DNA from: Bacillota bacterium
GTDB lineage: Bacteria > Bacillota > Clostridia > Acetivibrionales > DTU013
DNA length: 64,000 bases
Assembly (NCBI GenBank): GCA_023435305.1
Contig: JAEYRV010000027.1
Coordinates: 59,114 to 123,113 of the forward strand
Reading direction: 5' to 3'
A program made the translations under genes and the position numbers. Positions 17,405 through 27,748 of this stretch are shown here, piece after piece. Below the pieces are notes generated by a model that was not told the DNA's origin, did no database searches, and was given only the letters and a program-made list of their open reading frames with translations. Positions within the stretch are counted from its first letter, which is position 1. Every line of letters starts with the position of its first letter.

Positions 17405-18031
17405 ATGCGTATATTGATCGCCGATGATCATGTGCTCCTTTCGGAAAGTCTGCGCATGATGCTCGAAACCAACAATGATATCGAGGTCGTAGGGATCGCC
17501 TATGACGGAATGCAGGCAGTAGCGCTTTGTGACGAACAAAAACCCGATGTCATACTGATGGATATCAGAATGCCGGTCATGGATGGGATCGCCGCCGCAA
17601 AACAAATCAAGGACAAAAGCCCTGATACCAAAGTGATCATTCTGACTTCCCTCGAGGATGATAAATGCGTGTTCAACAGCTTTGCCTCAGGCGCAGATGG
17701 ATATCTGCTGAAGGACACCCCTCCGGACAAGCTTGTAACACTGATCCGCTGCGTATACTGGGGATATATCGTATCCAGCCCTCTTGCCCTGCGAGTGATG
17801 CTCAGCGGAAAAGAGGCCCTGGAGGAGCCGCAGCAGGTCCCGGATATCGCAGATGATGAATTGACAATGATAAAGCTGATCAGCGAGGGCAAATCAAACA
17901 GTGAGATAGCAAGGATCATGTGTTTCGCCGAAGGAACTGTAAAAAACAAGATCACAAGGATCATCGAGATGGCAGGTGTGGAGAACAGGGCCCAGCTAGT
18001 GATGTACGCACTCAGAAACAATCTGATCTGA
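17405..18031 (+). CDS. NarL/LuxR-family response regulator
   Basis: REC domain (RILIADDH...DVILMDIRMPVMDG...LTS) plus a LuxR HTH (LISEGKSNSEIARIMCFAEGTVKNKITRI). ATG 17405 follows GGGAGTG. Confidence 0.9.
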   Translation: MRILIADDHVLLSESLRMMLETNNDIEVVGIAYDGMQAVALCDEQKPDVILMDIRMPVMDGIAAAKQIKDKSPDTKVIILTSLEDDKCVFNSFASGADGYLLKDTPPDKLVTLIRCVYWGYIVSSPLALRVMLSGKEALEEPQQVPDIADDELTMIKLISEGKSNSEIARIMCFAEGTVKNKITRIIEMAGVENRAQLVMYALRNNLI

Positions 18032-18046
18032 CGGGAGTTAAGTGAT

Positions 18047-19756
18047 ATGGAAATGACATTAGTATTACGGCTGCAGATCGAGTTTTGGATCCACCTTATC
18101 TTTGTGACTGTAATGGCCGGTTTCCTTGCCTTTATCATCATCAACTCCAAACGGACACTATTATTATTTCGTTATTGCTTCCTGCATACGTTTATCATCG
18201 TATTGCTGATATGCAATTTCACCTCGATGATAGCCCCGGATATCAGGACCCGGTGGATCTGCTTATCGGTGACATACATCTGCAAGTTCGTTTTTGACAC
18301 TCTGTATTTCTTTCGTATATTTGATTTTATCCCCAGGTACAAAAAGATCCTTCCATTTGTGTTTGTTGTACTATACATAGCAACCGGCGTTATCATCATT
18401 ATCACCAACCCCACCCATCACTTGTTTATAAAGGAGATGACGGTCGGCGGGAACACAGTCGGGATCCTCTACTATATAATGATGGCGGCAGGTTACATCT
18501 TTGAATCGGCAGGATTGGCAGGATTGGCCAGATACTGGATAGGAAAGCTTGAAAATCCTGCTTACAGAGTTCTGATAACCATATCGGCACTTTTATGTAC
18601 ACTGTTCCTGCACCTTTACATGATGAGAGTCGTGGGAACATCTGTAGACTTTTTCCCTCTAATAATGCTGGTCTGTTTCGGAACATATTTTATCGGCGCC
18701 TACAAATACGGCATGTTCGATACCATAACCCGCAGCAGTAAACGAGGTTTCGAGATGTACACCGATGCGCTGCTGATCACCGGTAATAAAGGAAATGTGT
18801 TATACAAAAACAAAGCCTGCGAAATGCTTGACGGGAAACTGCTGCAGGATATCTGCGGCAGGCTTGTACAGGATACGGGACAAAAATCTGCAGGCAGTAT
18901 AGATAAGATCGATGTGGAGATACCCGCAGAGGGCGGCACCAGGTATTTTACTGTCTCCAAAAAGATAATAAAGCCCCGGCTTTTCTCTTCAGGCAAAACT
19001 ATCTTCATCATACATGAAAATACCGGCATCATTTCTTCCATCCGGAGCCTTTCTGAGAAAAATCAATACCTGGAGGAAATGAATGAAAGTGTCAAAGAGC
19101 TGGCTGAGGATTCAAAGAGATTGGCTGTGCTGAAGGAACGGAACCTGATGGCAAAAGAGATCCACGATGTGATGGGACATTCGCTGATCCTTGCATTGAA
19201 TACCATGGAAAGCAACAAGCTGCTCAGCGGAGACATGTCCGCCGCAGTGCGGAGGATCGAGCAGGCTGTTTCCGAGATCAGCAGCAGTCTTAAGGAAATC
19301 GCTGCAGCCGGGGAACGCAGAACGGCACAGGAGAATATGCAGGAACGATCACTTGATGAAAGCATCAGTAAACCGTACCATACCATACTTATCGAAAGGC
19401 TTCTGACACTGTCATCAAGGCTCTCCGAAGCGGGTATACGGCTGGAGATCGCCGCTATGGATGATCTGCACGGCTGTGATGAAAAGTCCATCAACAACAT
19501 CTATAGGGTATGCCAGGAGTCGGTCACCAACGCGATAAAGCATGGGCAGGCAAGCCGGATAACCATATCGGCGAAAATAAGGTCAGGTATGATCGAGCTC
19601 TTCATTGTGGATAACGGAAAGGGCTGCACAAACTGTATAAAGGGGACAGGCCTCACAGGCATGGAAGAGCGTGTCAGGGAGCTGAACGGATCGATAATGT
19701 TCGGTTCCTTTGAAGACCAGGAAGGCTTTATGGTCCGTGTAAGCATACCGGCCTGA
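18047..19756 (+). CDS. sensor histidine kinase (multi-TM N-terminus, PAS-like, HisKA_3 + HATPase_c)
   Basis: It has about 6-7 N-terminal TM helices, the H-box MAKEIHDVMGHSL, the N-box CQESVTNAIKHG and G-boxes DNGKG/GLTGMEERV. Confidence 0.9.
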   Translation: MEMTLVLRLQIEFWIHLIFVTVMAGFLAFIIINSKRTLLLFRYCFLHTFIIVLLICNFTSMIAPDIRTRWICLSVTYICKFVFDTLYFFRIFDFIPRYKKILPFVFVVLYIATGVIIIITNPTHHLFIKEMTVGGNTVGILYYIMMAAGYIFESAGLAGLARYWIGKLENPAYRVLITISALLCTLFLHLYMMRVVGTSVDFFPLIMLVCFGTYFIGAYKYGMFDTITRSSKRGFEMYTDALLITGNKGNVLYKNKACEMLDGKLLQDICGRLVQDTGQKSAGSIDKIDVEIPAEGGTRYFTVSKKIIKPRLFSSGKTIFIIHENTGIISSIRSLSEKNQYLEEMNESVKELAEDSKRLAVLKERNLMAKEIHDVMGHSLILALNTMESNKLLSGDMSAAVRRIEQAVSEISSSLKEIAAAGERRTAQENMQERSLDESISKPYHTILIERLLTLSSRLSEAGIRLEIAAMDDLHGCDEKSINNIYRVCQESVTNAIKHGQASRITISAKIRSGMIELFIVDNGKGCTNCIKGTGLTGMEERVRELNGSIMFGSFEDQEGFMVRVSIPA

Positions 19757-19759
19757 TTC

Positions 19760-19813
19760 GTGCAAAAGTCACTTCTTCAGTGCAATTGTCATTTTGCCGC
19801 AGTGCAAATATCA
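19760..19813 (+). repeat. three direct GTGCAAnnnTCA repeats (candidate response-regulator operator)
   Basis: GTGCAAAAGTCA (19760-19771), GTGCAATTGTCA (19780-19791) and GTGCAAATATCA (19802-19813) have start-to-start spacing of 20 and 22 bp. They sit between the kinase stop and the giant SLH gene. Confidence 0.6.
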
Positions 19814-19986
19814 TACATTTATGTAATTATGCCATTTTAATACAATTGTAACATTTAGTACGGATCCTTCTGTGATATACTCATCTTACACAAATAAGTT
19901 TTATTCTATTATTTTCAACTTTTTATTCCAGGATGCATGGCATCCGGAAAATGCTAATGTAATACATAAAGCTGGAGGTTTTCAAC

Positions 19987-22900
19987 GTGAAAAAGCTCAA
20001 GTCTGTTTTGTCATTCTTTCTTACTGCAAGCATACTGATAGCATTATTCTGCCCGATAACGGCGGCAGGCGGCGCTGAAGGTCCTGCCGGCCCTATCATA
20101 GCGGACCACAGCAATGCCACGCTGGCAAAGCTGGAAGCAATTCCTGTTGAGTGGATCAACAAGGCAAAATCCGACCTTCATATCTATTTCAACCATACCT
20201 CGCACGGGAGCCAGATCCCGACCGGCATGACCGGGCTTGTGAACTTCAGGGGCAGCCAATATGCCTGGAATAGCAGCGGCAGCAACGGGGCGCTGTATCT
20301 GGCCGATACATACAGTACAGATCTCGGTGACGCAGATTGGCCAAATATAACGCGCAATTATCTGAACAGCCATCCGAACATCAACGTGGTCATGTGGTCC
20401 TGGTGCGGACAGGTCAGCGGCTCTACAGAGGCCTATATCAACACCTATCTGAACAACATGAGCCAGTTGGAAAGGGAATATCCCAATGTGAAGTTCGTCT
20501 ATATGACAGGACATACCGACGGCACGGGAGAAAGCGGCAGTCTTCACCGCAGAAATGAGCAGATCCGCCAATACTGCCGTACAAATAACAAAATACTGTT
20601 TGATTTCGCCGATATCGAAAGCCATGACCCGGACGGCAATTATTATATGAATAAGGCAGTCAATGACAATTGCGACTATGACTCGGACGGAAACGGATCA
20701 CGGGATAAAAACTGGGCAACCGTCTGGCAAAACAGCCACACCCGCAATGTAGACTGGTTCGACTGTGATCCCGCCCACACACAGGCACTGAATGGAAATA
20801 TGAAAGCCTATGCGGCATGGTACCTTTGGGCAAGGCTCGCCGGATGGGACGGAGGCACTCAAGGCACGACCCAGCCGACAACTTCAGTCAGCCAGCTTAC
20901 AGCAAGGCACTACAACGGGCAGACTATTCTGACCTGGAATGAGATCCCGGAAGTTACAGCGGCAATTCCCGGCACAATGACACCGCAGCAGGTGAAGGAT
21001 CTAAGATCATCGTTCAATAATATAACCTATAGGATATACCGATCCACATCCCCTATTACATCAGTTACAGGACTGTCCCCGATAAAGACAGTCACTACAC
21101 TGAGCGGATGGGACGATGAGTTTTACGGACGAGAAAACAATAATGTCAGTACCCAGAACTGTCCCCGTTTTGTAGTTGTAAAAGATACAAATAATATCGC
21201 TGCTGCTCCGGTATCTGCAAATACAGCTGTGAGTGCATATAATCCTGTTGCTGCAGGAACTGCTTATTATGCTGTAACTGTTGTACGCAACAGTGTCGAG
21301 GAAAAGTTGATTGGCAGCGGAAATACCGTAATGGTCAATGAAACTGTGGGACAGGGAATTCCAATCCTGCAAAAGGTGGAAACACAAACGGACTATTTCT
21401 ACACCCAGGGGATATCGACCCATTACTATTATACCCGGTGGGAATCCCCTCCGAACAGCAATGTTCAGGGAATGCCCCATGATTACAAGGTAATTGTCCC
21501 GCAATCCTATCAACAGGGTACACCGGCGCCTGTGTATATGAGCTTCCATGGATGGAGCAGCAGTATGCATAGTATCTCCGCCTGGTGGCTCAACTATAGT
21601 AAGGGGACGATCGTCATCACTTCGAATGAGAATCCCTATGACTGGTGGACGGGCTATCATGAAAAATACGGCATTGGAGAGCGTTCACAACAGAATTGGT
21701 CCTCCGGCGTTGTTCGGCCCTATACTCAAAACAGGCTCAACTCCTTCTATGACTGGGCGGCCACCAAATGGAGCTTCGACCGCAGCCGCACCATTTCAGG
21801 CGGAGTATCCATGGGGGGATCGGGTTCCGTCATGTATGGGATCAGAAACCCGGACCGTATCGCCTGGGTCTATTCCTGGGTAGGCGTTCATGTGCCTGCC
21901 GAGTCCCCGACCTTCAGGAGCTCCTATCAGGGAGTTTATGGTGAGCTTGAATGGCAGATCAAATATGAGGATGGCATAACTCCAGCCTTCAGCTTTTATG
22001 ATGATGACTGGTATCTTCGCAATCACATATCGGATGAGACCCCCTTCATCACATTTTCAAACGGTAAGAATGACGGCAGTATCGGCTGGAGCCAGGCTGT
22101 CAAATTTGTTAATGCGCTGCAGGACACAAAGAGGCCTCATATATTTTACTGGGGTCAGGGCGGACATAACCAGAGGACTTTGAACCCGCCGGATATAAAC
22201 GGGATCAGTTCCGAGAGTGCAAACCCCATAGATATCCGCACCAATCAGAGTCTGCCTGCGTTTACAAAATGCAGCCTTGATGATAAACCCGGAAACGGCA
22301 GCACCAATAACGGAGATGCATCCGGCCAGATCAACGCATATATGTTCTGGAAAACAGAAGACATCGTTGACACACAAAGCAGATGGGAAATGACTGTGGG
22401 TGCGGTTCAGACAGCACCTGCCCAGTCCTGTACCGTAAGCCTTACACCAAGGCGCCTCCAGAACTTTGATCCAACTCCCGGAGAGGTCTATCGCTGGAGT
22501 AATACTTCCCTCAGCAATAACACACGTATACAGTCAGGTACCGTCACTGCTGATGCCAATGGATTGATCACGATCGATAATCTGACGGTAAACCGCATCA
22601 CTTCAGCCGGCGGGGGAAACCGTATCGTCATTTACAGCGATGACGGGACTGTCCCTGCCAATAATCCGCCGGTGCTTGCAGGTGAAATAAGCACATTTGA
22701 AGAAGGCAAGACACCCACAAGCATCATACATGTTGCAACAAACGGAAATGATTCTACAGGAAACGGGAGTGCCGCATCACCCTTCAGATCTATCAACCGC
22801 GCTCTGCAAGCGGCGGCTCCCGGAACAGCCATTAGGATCCATCCCGGTACCTATTCGGGCAGGATCAACATCAGCGGCCTGTCTGGGACTGCACAGGCTC

Positions 22901-25900
22901 CCATCTGGATCGGAGGAGTTCCCGGCGAGGCTAAACCGGTGATCACCAGCTCTACAGAAGGTATCCATCTGACAAGAGTACGCTATCTGATCCTTCATGA
23001 CCTGGAGATCTCAAACACATCTGAAAACGCCATAAACTGCGATGACGGCAGCGAATATAACAATATAGATGCCACCAGGTATTTGATATTCCGGGATCTG
23101 TATATCCATGATGTCAATACCTCGGGAAATGAAGACGGCATCAAATTATCCGGTGTCAACGACTACTATATATTGGACTGCGAAATAACCAGGTGCGGAA
23201 ACAATTACGGAAGCGGCATCGACCATGTCGGATGCCACAACGGCATTATTGCCGGCAATTACCTGCATGACTTTGCCGGCACCGGCATCACATCAAAGGG
23301 CGGCAGTGAAAATATCCATATCCGCGGCAATCGCCTGTTCGATTGCGGAGAAAGAGCGGTAAATATCGGCGGCAGTACCGACTTTGCATTTTTCAGGCCG
23401 CCTCTTTCGACCACGCAGCCAAACTATGAGGCCAAGAACATACATGTATACAGCAATCTGATGCGGGGAAGCATCGCTCCGATAGCTTTTGTAGGAGCAA
23501 CAAGCTGCAGTGCTGTGAACAATACAGTCATATCTCCTGAAAATTGGCTGATACGTATCCTGCAGGAGAGGACATCTACTTCCCAGTATATCTTTGGCCC
23601 ATGTGCAAACAATACGGTCGCCAACAACATTTTTTACTATAATGGTTCAGCCCTCTCCCAGTACGGAACGATAAATGTCGGGAACAATACTTCACCTGCA
23701 ACCTTCACGTTCTCGAACAATCTCTGGTACAACTATAACTCACCTCAGAATTCCACACCGAACCTGCCTGTTACTGAAACCGGTGGGATATTCGGTCAGG
23801 ATCCTCTGTTTACCAATCTGGCTGACAATAATATCAGTCTGCATACCAGCAGTCCGGCAGTGGGAAGGGGAGTCAGCAACGAGACTGCATTATATGATTA
23901 CAATGGGGTTCCTTTCGGCAGTCCCAGGAATATCGGCGCAGTTGCAGGAAGCTCTTCTGCTGTTCAGAACCAGCCGCCTGTGCTTGCTTCGATCGGAGCT
24001 AAAACGGTAAACGAAGGCGCAAACCTCTCCTTTACCATCAATGCCACAGACCGCGACCAAGGAGAAACACTCACTTATTCCATCAGTCCGGTCTCACCTT
24101 CAACACTGCCGGCAGGCATCAGCTTCAACTCCACGACCCGAGTATTCAGCTGGACGCCGGGTGATGAGCAGAGCGGGACCTATACATTGCGCTTTACAGT
24201 CAGTGATGGGAAGCAAATCGATTACGAAGATGTTGTGATCACTGTAATGAATATGTCCAACACTACCCCGCAGGGACGCAATGTCAGGGTAACATCAGCT
24301 GCAGAGCTGCGCAGCGCCATCACCAATGCCCAGAATGGTGACACGATACTCATAGCAAACGGAGATTACACAAACGGAAATCCATTGATACTTAACAATG
24401 TGGATAATATATCTATCCGAAGCGAGTCCAATGATCCAACAAAGGTCACTCTTCGCGGGCGCAGCCGCTTTACAGGAACAGGCTCCTATGACGAGCTGGA
24501 TGACATACTGCGCATAGGTGACTGCAACAATGTCCATATATCTGGACTGACACTGACACAGGCTCACGGATATGGTATCAAGCTGGAGCTCGACGGGAAT
24601 TCGAACCCCAATGCGATTTATATAGAAAACTGCCGATTTATAGATATCGGTACGCGCCACATAAAAGGGACCAAGGACAGCAATTCCTCAACGAAGCGTA
24701 TAACAGGCGGAGCAATACGGAACTGCTATTTTGAGAATACAGTTACACCGCCATCCACAGGCGGTTGGCGCTTCGATGGCAACTATGTCGGAGCAATCGA
24801 TATGATGTCACTGGACGGCTGGGTAATCGAGGATAATGAATTCCGCAACATTCATGGAATAAGCGGAGAAGGACGTTCCGCTATAATGATCTGGCATTAT
24901 TCAGAGGATCTGACAATACAGCGGAACCGCATCATCAACTGCGACAGGGGCATCACTCTGGGACTGCCTGGTTCTGACCTTGGCGGCGGGCGTCATGTGA
25001 AGGATGCCATCGTCCGGAACAATTTCATTCTGCCGGGAAGCAGGGCAGGTTATCAGAGCGACGCCGGAATCGAATGCTCCGATGTGGACAATGTAAAGAT
25101 CTATAATAATACGATATGGCGGCTGAAAAATGACTACAACGGAAGAGGTATCCGGTTCATCCAGAACATCGCCAATACACAGATGGTCAACAATCTGGTC
25201 TACGGCAGGCTTGTCTTTGACAACAATCTTACCATCAGCCGGAATGAAAATAACCTGAGCGGCAATTTATCATCCGGATATGTGGTGAATGTATCCTCCG
25301 GAGACCTTCACCTGACATCGTCTGCAGTCGACGCGCTCAACAAGGGAGTGCTGCTTGCGGAAGTTACGGAAGATATTGACGGAAATGCCCGTGGAACAAC
25401 ACCGGATATCGGTGCGGATGAATATATTGCCCCAAGTGGCGGCAACACTAATCCCGGAGGTGGCACTACTAACCCCGGTGGCGGCAACACCAATCCCGGT
25501 GGCGGCATCATCCTTCCTCCTCCACCGGGCGGCGACAATACCACGGATACTCCTACGGATACCTCCACAACGACTCCGGCTACAACAATTGTTTCTGTCA
25601 CGCAATCAGTGGTTGTATCAGGTGGAACAGCCAAGGCTGCTACCAGCGTGGAACAGCTAAGCAGCGCAATAAATCAGGCGGCACCTGACAACGACGGTGT
25701 CAGAAGTATTGCATTGACACTGCCGGAGGTCAGGCAAGCAGGTACATATCTGCAGGAAATCCCCGCTGAAGCCTTCCGAAAAGGAACAGAAAAGGAGCGA
25801 TATGAAATAATAACTCCTCTCGCCTCCATTTCCATACCCGGCAACATGTTCCCGGCAGGTGAGGTAAACAAGCCGCAGAACATGGGGATATCGGTTTCCT

Positions 25901-26745
25901 ATGCGGATAAGTCGCAGATAAAAAAGAACCTTGCCGAGAAAATAGGAGACAGGCCGGTGCTCCAGATCACTGCATATGCTGATGATAAAAAGATCGAATG
26001 GAATAATAAGAAGGCACCGGTCACGATCACAGTTGATTATACTCCGACAGAAAAAGAGTTGAAAAATCCGGATCACATCGTGGTGTGGTATATTGACGGC
26101 AAAGGAAACATTATTCCGGTAACAAACAGCCGATACGACCCTGTGACTAAAAAGGTGACGTTTAAATTGACCCATTTCAGCGATTATGTGATAGCCTATT
26201 CAGAAAAAACCTACAGTGATATTGGCAAGGCCTACGCAAAGGCTGAGATAGAAGCGCTTGCATCCAAAGGCTTCTACGAATGGATAACAGGCAGCAGCTT
26301 CGCACCCGACAGAAACATAACAAGAGGAGAATTCCTGTACTTGCTGGTTACTCTATTGGATCTGCAAGACACAGTCGAGGAGAATTTCTCGGATGTGAAG
26401 TCAACCGATTTTTATTACGAAGCTGCAGGAATCGCTAAAAAATACGGCATATCCAATGGAATCGGCAGCAACAAGCTGGGAGCAGAACAGAGCATCACAC
26501 GTCAGGATATGTCCACAATGATAGTTCGGGCATTGAATGCAGCAGACAGGAAATATCCTGCAGGCAGTATATCTGATCTGAACCAGTTCAAAGATACCGG
26601 AAAGATATCGTCATATGCAAAGGAAAGCCTGATGGCGCTTGTAAAAGCCGGTATTCTCAAGGGTTCCAATGGTTTACTCGATCCGAAGGGCAGCTTTACG
26701 ATGCAGCAGGCTGCGACAGTCATATGGCGGTTATATAACGAATGA
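19987..26745 (+). CDS. 2252-aa SLH-anchored multi-domain surface enzyme (esterase + two right-handed beta-helix modules + cadherin-like domain)
   Basis: GTG start with GGAGG 8 nt upstream, followed by a signal peptide. An alpha/beta-hydrolase region carries GVSMG (Ser608, nt 21808-21810). The first beta-helix module spans aa ~912-1325 (SPFRSINRALQAAAPGTAIRIHPGTY). A cadherin/He_PIG-like domain spans aa ~1327-1422. The second beta-helix module spans aa ~1430-1815. Three C-terminal SLH motifs occupy aa ~2075-2252. Confidence 0.9.
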   Translation: MKKLKSVLSFFLTASILIALFCPITAAGGAEGPAGPIIADHSNATLAKLEAIPVEWINKAKSDLHIYFNHTSHGSQIPTGMTGLVNFRGSQYAWNSSGSNGALYLADTYSTDLGDADWPNITRNYLNSHPNINVVMWSWCGQVSGSTEAYINTYLNNMSQLEREYPNVKFVYMTGHTDGTGESGSLHRRNEQIRQYCRTNNKILFDFADIESHDPDGNYYMNKAVNDNCDYDSDGNGSRDKNWATVWQNSHTRNVDWFDCDPAHTQALNGNMKAYAAWYLWARLAGWDGGTQGTTQPTTSVSQLTARHYNGQTILTWNEIPEVTAAIPGTMTPQQVKDLRSSFNNITYRIYRSTSPITSVTGLSPIKTVTTLSGWDDEFYGRENNNVSTQNCPRFVVVKDTNNIAAAPVSANTAVSAYNPVAAGTAYYAVTVVRNSVEEKLIGSGNTVMVNETVGQGIPILQKVETQTDYFYTQGISTHYYYTRWESPPNSNVQGMPHDYKVIVPQSYQQGTPAPVYMSFHGWSSSMHSISAWWLNYSKGTIVITSNENPYDWWTGYHEKYGIGERSQQNWSSGVVRPYTQNRLNSFYDWAATKWSFDRSRTISGGVSMGGSGSVMYGIRNPDRIAWVYSWVGVHVPAESPTFRSSYQGVYGELEWQIKYEDGITPAFSFYDDDWYLRNHISDETPFITFSNGKNDGSIGWSQAVKFVNALQDTKRPHIFYWGQGGHNQRTLNPPDINGISSESANPIDIRTNQSLPAFTKCSLDDKPGNGSTNNGDASGQINAYMFWKTEDIVDTQSRWEMTVGAVQTAPAQSCTVSLTPRRLQNFDPTPGEVYRWSNTSLSNNTRIQSGTVTADANGLITIDNLTVNRITSAGGGNRIVIYSDDGTVPANNPPVLAGEISTFEEGKTPTSIIHVATNGNDSTGNGSAASPFRSINRALQAAAPGTAIRIHPGTYSGRINISGLSGTAQAPIWIGGVPGEAKPVITSSTEGIHLTRVRYLILHDLEISNTSENAINCDDGSEYNNIDATRYLIFRDLYIHDVNTSGNEDGIKLSGVNDYYILDCEITRCGNNYGSGIDHVGCHNGIIAGNYLHDFAGTGITSKGGSENIHIRGNRLFDCGERAVNIGGSTDFAFFRPPLSTTQPNYEAKNIHVYSNLMRGSIAPIAFVGATSCSAVNNTVISPENWLIRILQERTSTSQYIFGPCANNTVANNIFYYNGSALSQYGTINVGNNTSPATFTFSNNLWYNYNSPQNSTPNLPVTETGGIFGQDPLFTNLADNNISLHTSSPAVGRGVSNETALYDYNGVPFGSPRNIGAVAGSSSAVQNQPPVLASIGAKTVNEGANLSFTINATDRDQGETLTYSISPVSPSTLPAGISFNSTTRVFSWTPGDEQSGTYTLRFTVSDGKQIDYEDVVITVMNMSNTTPQGRNVRVTSAAELRSAITNAQNGDTILIANGDYTNGNPLILNNVDNISIRSESNDPTKVTLRGRSRFTGTGSYDELDDILRIGDCNNVHISGLTLTQAHGYGIKLELDGNSNPNAIYIENCRFIDIGTRHIKGTKDSNSSTKRITGGAIRNCYFENTVTPPSTGGWRFDGNYVGAIDMMSLDGWVIEDNEFRNIHGISGEGRSAIMIWHYSEDLTIQRNRIINCDRGITLGLPGSDLGGGRHVKDAIVRNNFILPGSRAGYQSDAGIECSDVDNVKIYNNTIWRLKNDYNGRGIRFIQNIANTQMVNNLVYGRLVFDNNLTISRNENNLSGNLSSGYVVNVSSGDLHLTSSAVDALNKGVLLAEVTEDIDGNARGTTPDIGADEYIAPSGGNTNPGGGTTNPGGGNTNPGGGIILPPPPGGDNTTDTPTDTSTTTPATTIVSVTQSVVVSGGTAKAATSVEQLSSAINQAAPDNDGVRSIALTLPEVRQAGTYLQEIPAEAFRKGTEKERYEIITPLASISIPGNMFPAGEVNKPQNMGISVSYADKSQIKKNLAEKIGDRPVLQITAYADDKKIEWNNKKAPVTITVDYTPTEKELKNPDHIVVWYIDGKGNIIPVTNSRYDPVTKKVTFKLTHFSDYVIAYSEKTYSDIGKAYAKAEIEALASKGFYEWITGSSFAPDRNITRGEFLYLLVTLLDLQDTVEENFSDVKSTDFYYEAAGIAKKYGISNGIGSNKLGAEQSITRQDMSTMIVRALNAADRKYPAGSISDLNQFKDTGKISSYAKESLMALVKAGILKGSNGLLDPKGSFTMQQAATVIWRLYNE
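25438..25506 (+). repeat. in-frame 21-nt tandem repeats encoding GGNTNPG x3 linker
   Basis: It encodes GGNTNPGGGTTNPGGGNTNPGGG, followed by a P/T-rich linker inside the giant ORF. Confidence 0.85.
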
Positions 26746-26753
26746 GTCAAAAA

Positions 26754-26787
26754 ACAGCCTGTCGGTTTGATCCGACAGGCTGTTTTC
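26754..26787. terminator. intrinsic terminator between giant SLH gene and dtxR-like gene
   Basis: ACAGCCTGTCGG-tttgat-CCGACAGGCTGT followed by TTTT, 9 nt after the TGA. Confidence 0.85.
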
Positions 26788-26818
26788 CATACCGGATAAC
26801 AGCGGCAAACTGACTGAG

Positions 26819-27319
26819 TCACTCTGACAGGATGGGTCCGCTTGCAGCAGAGCATCCTTTTTTGAAACTCTCAAACTCACAAATTATATCCGGATGCATT
26901 TCGAGGAACCTGTTCAACATATCGATATTTCTCAATGTATTGCTGCTTATATTATGCTCGATCAGCTCTGTCTCCGTCAGCAAATCGTCATCGGTCCCTA
27001 TGCAGCTTAGGAATTTTTCAATAATATTATGCCTTTTCAGGAGGAATTCGCCTATTTCTTTGCCGCGCCCGGTCAAAAAAATGATTCCGTATTTCTTGTA
27101 GTCCAACAATTCCAGCTCTGTGAGCTTCTGCACCATTTTTGTGGCAGATGAAGGCTTTACGTGCAGCATCTCCGATAAAGTATTGATACGCATGTATCCT
27201 GTCTCATGAATGTTCCTGTAGATCATTTCGAGATAGTCCTCCATTGCAGGGGTCAGCAGCTTATCCTCCTGTGCAAGCAGCTGGTAGCCACGGACCGTAT
27301 GAAAATCATTTTGCTGCAT
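26819..27319 (-). CDS. DtxR/MntR-family metal-dependent transcriptional repressor
   Basis: TPAMEDYLEMIY...SEMLHVKPSSATKMVQKL is an HTH of the DtxR type. It is divergent from feoAB. Confidence 0.8.
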   Translation of the reverse strand: MQQNDFHTVRGYQLLAQEDKLLTPAMEDYLEMIYRNIHETGYMRINTLSEMLHVKPSSATKMVQKLTELELLDYKKYGIIFLTGRGKEIGEFLLKRHNIIEKFLSCIGTDDDLLTETELIEHNISSNTLRNIDMLNRFLEMHPDIICEFESFKKGCSAASGPILSE

Positions 27320-27481
27320 ATTATCACACCTTTATCAGCGAAAAATTTTTTTGCTCATTTACAATATATTCGTAACACTGGTTTTTTATATTTCATATAT
27401 TGGTCTAGGATAAGAATCTTTCTCTCCTCTAAAGCAGGCAATATAAATCATGTACATAACCTGTAAAGGAGGCTTTATTAT

Positions 27482-27721
27482 ATGACCGATCGATATATTC
27501 CCCTTAGTCAGCTGCCCCTGGGCAGAAAGGCAAAGGTCAGGGCACTTACCTCCGACGGGCCTGCCCGCAGAAGGATGCTGGATCTCGGACTGATCTCTGA
27601 TACGCCGGTCGAAGCCCTGCAAAAAAGCCCATCCGGCGATCCTACTGCATATAGCATCCGCGGAGCAGTAATAGCACTGCGCTCGGAGGAAGCAAGTAAA
27701 ATCATGGTTGAGGCTCACTAA
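27482..27721 (+). CDS. feoA: ferrous iron transport protein A
   Basis: A 79-aa FeoA/SH3-like protein (LSQLPLGRKAKVRAL...RRRMLDLGL) with an AAAGGAGG RBS. Confidence 0.9.
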   Translation: MTDRYIPLSQLPLGRKAKVRALTSDGPARRRMLDLGLISDTPVEALQKSPSGDPTAYSIRGAVIALRSEEASKIMVEAH

Positions 27722-27748
27722 ACAGAGCTTGAGCCCAGGAGGATCATA

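Noticed and set aside
19757-19986. c-di-GMP (GEMM) riboswitch or other structured leader upstream of the giant SLH gene.
   Set aside because: The region is AT-rich with direct DNA repeats. None of the conserved GEMM-I or GEMM-II core sequences is present.
25270-25660. Three alternative-frame ORFs (101-111 aa) over the G/N/P-T linker of the giant gene.
   Set aside because: They are artefacts of the repetitive GC-rich linker DNA. The long frame is continuous and carries recognisable domains on both sides.
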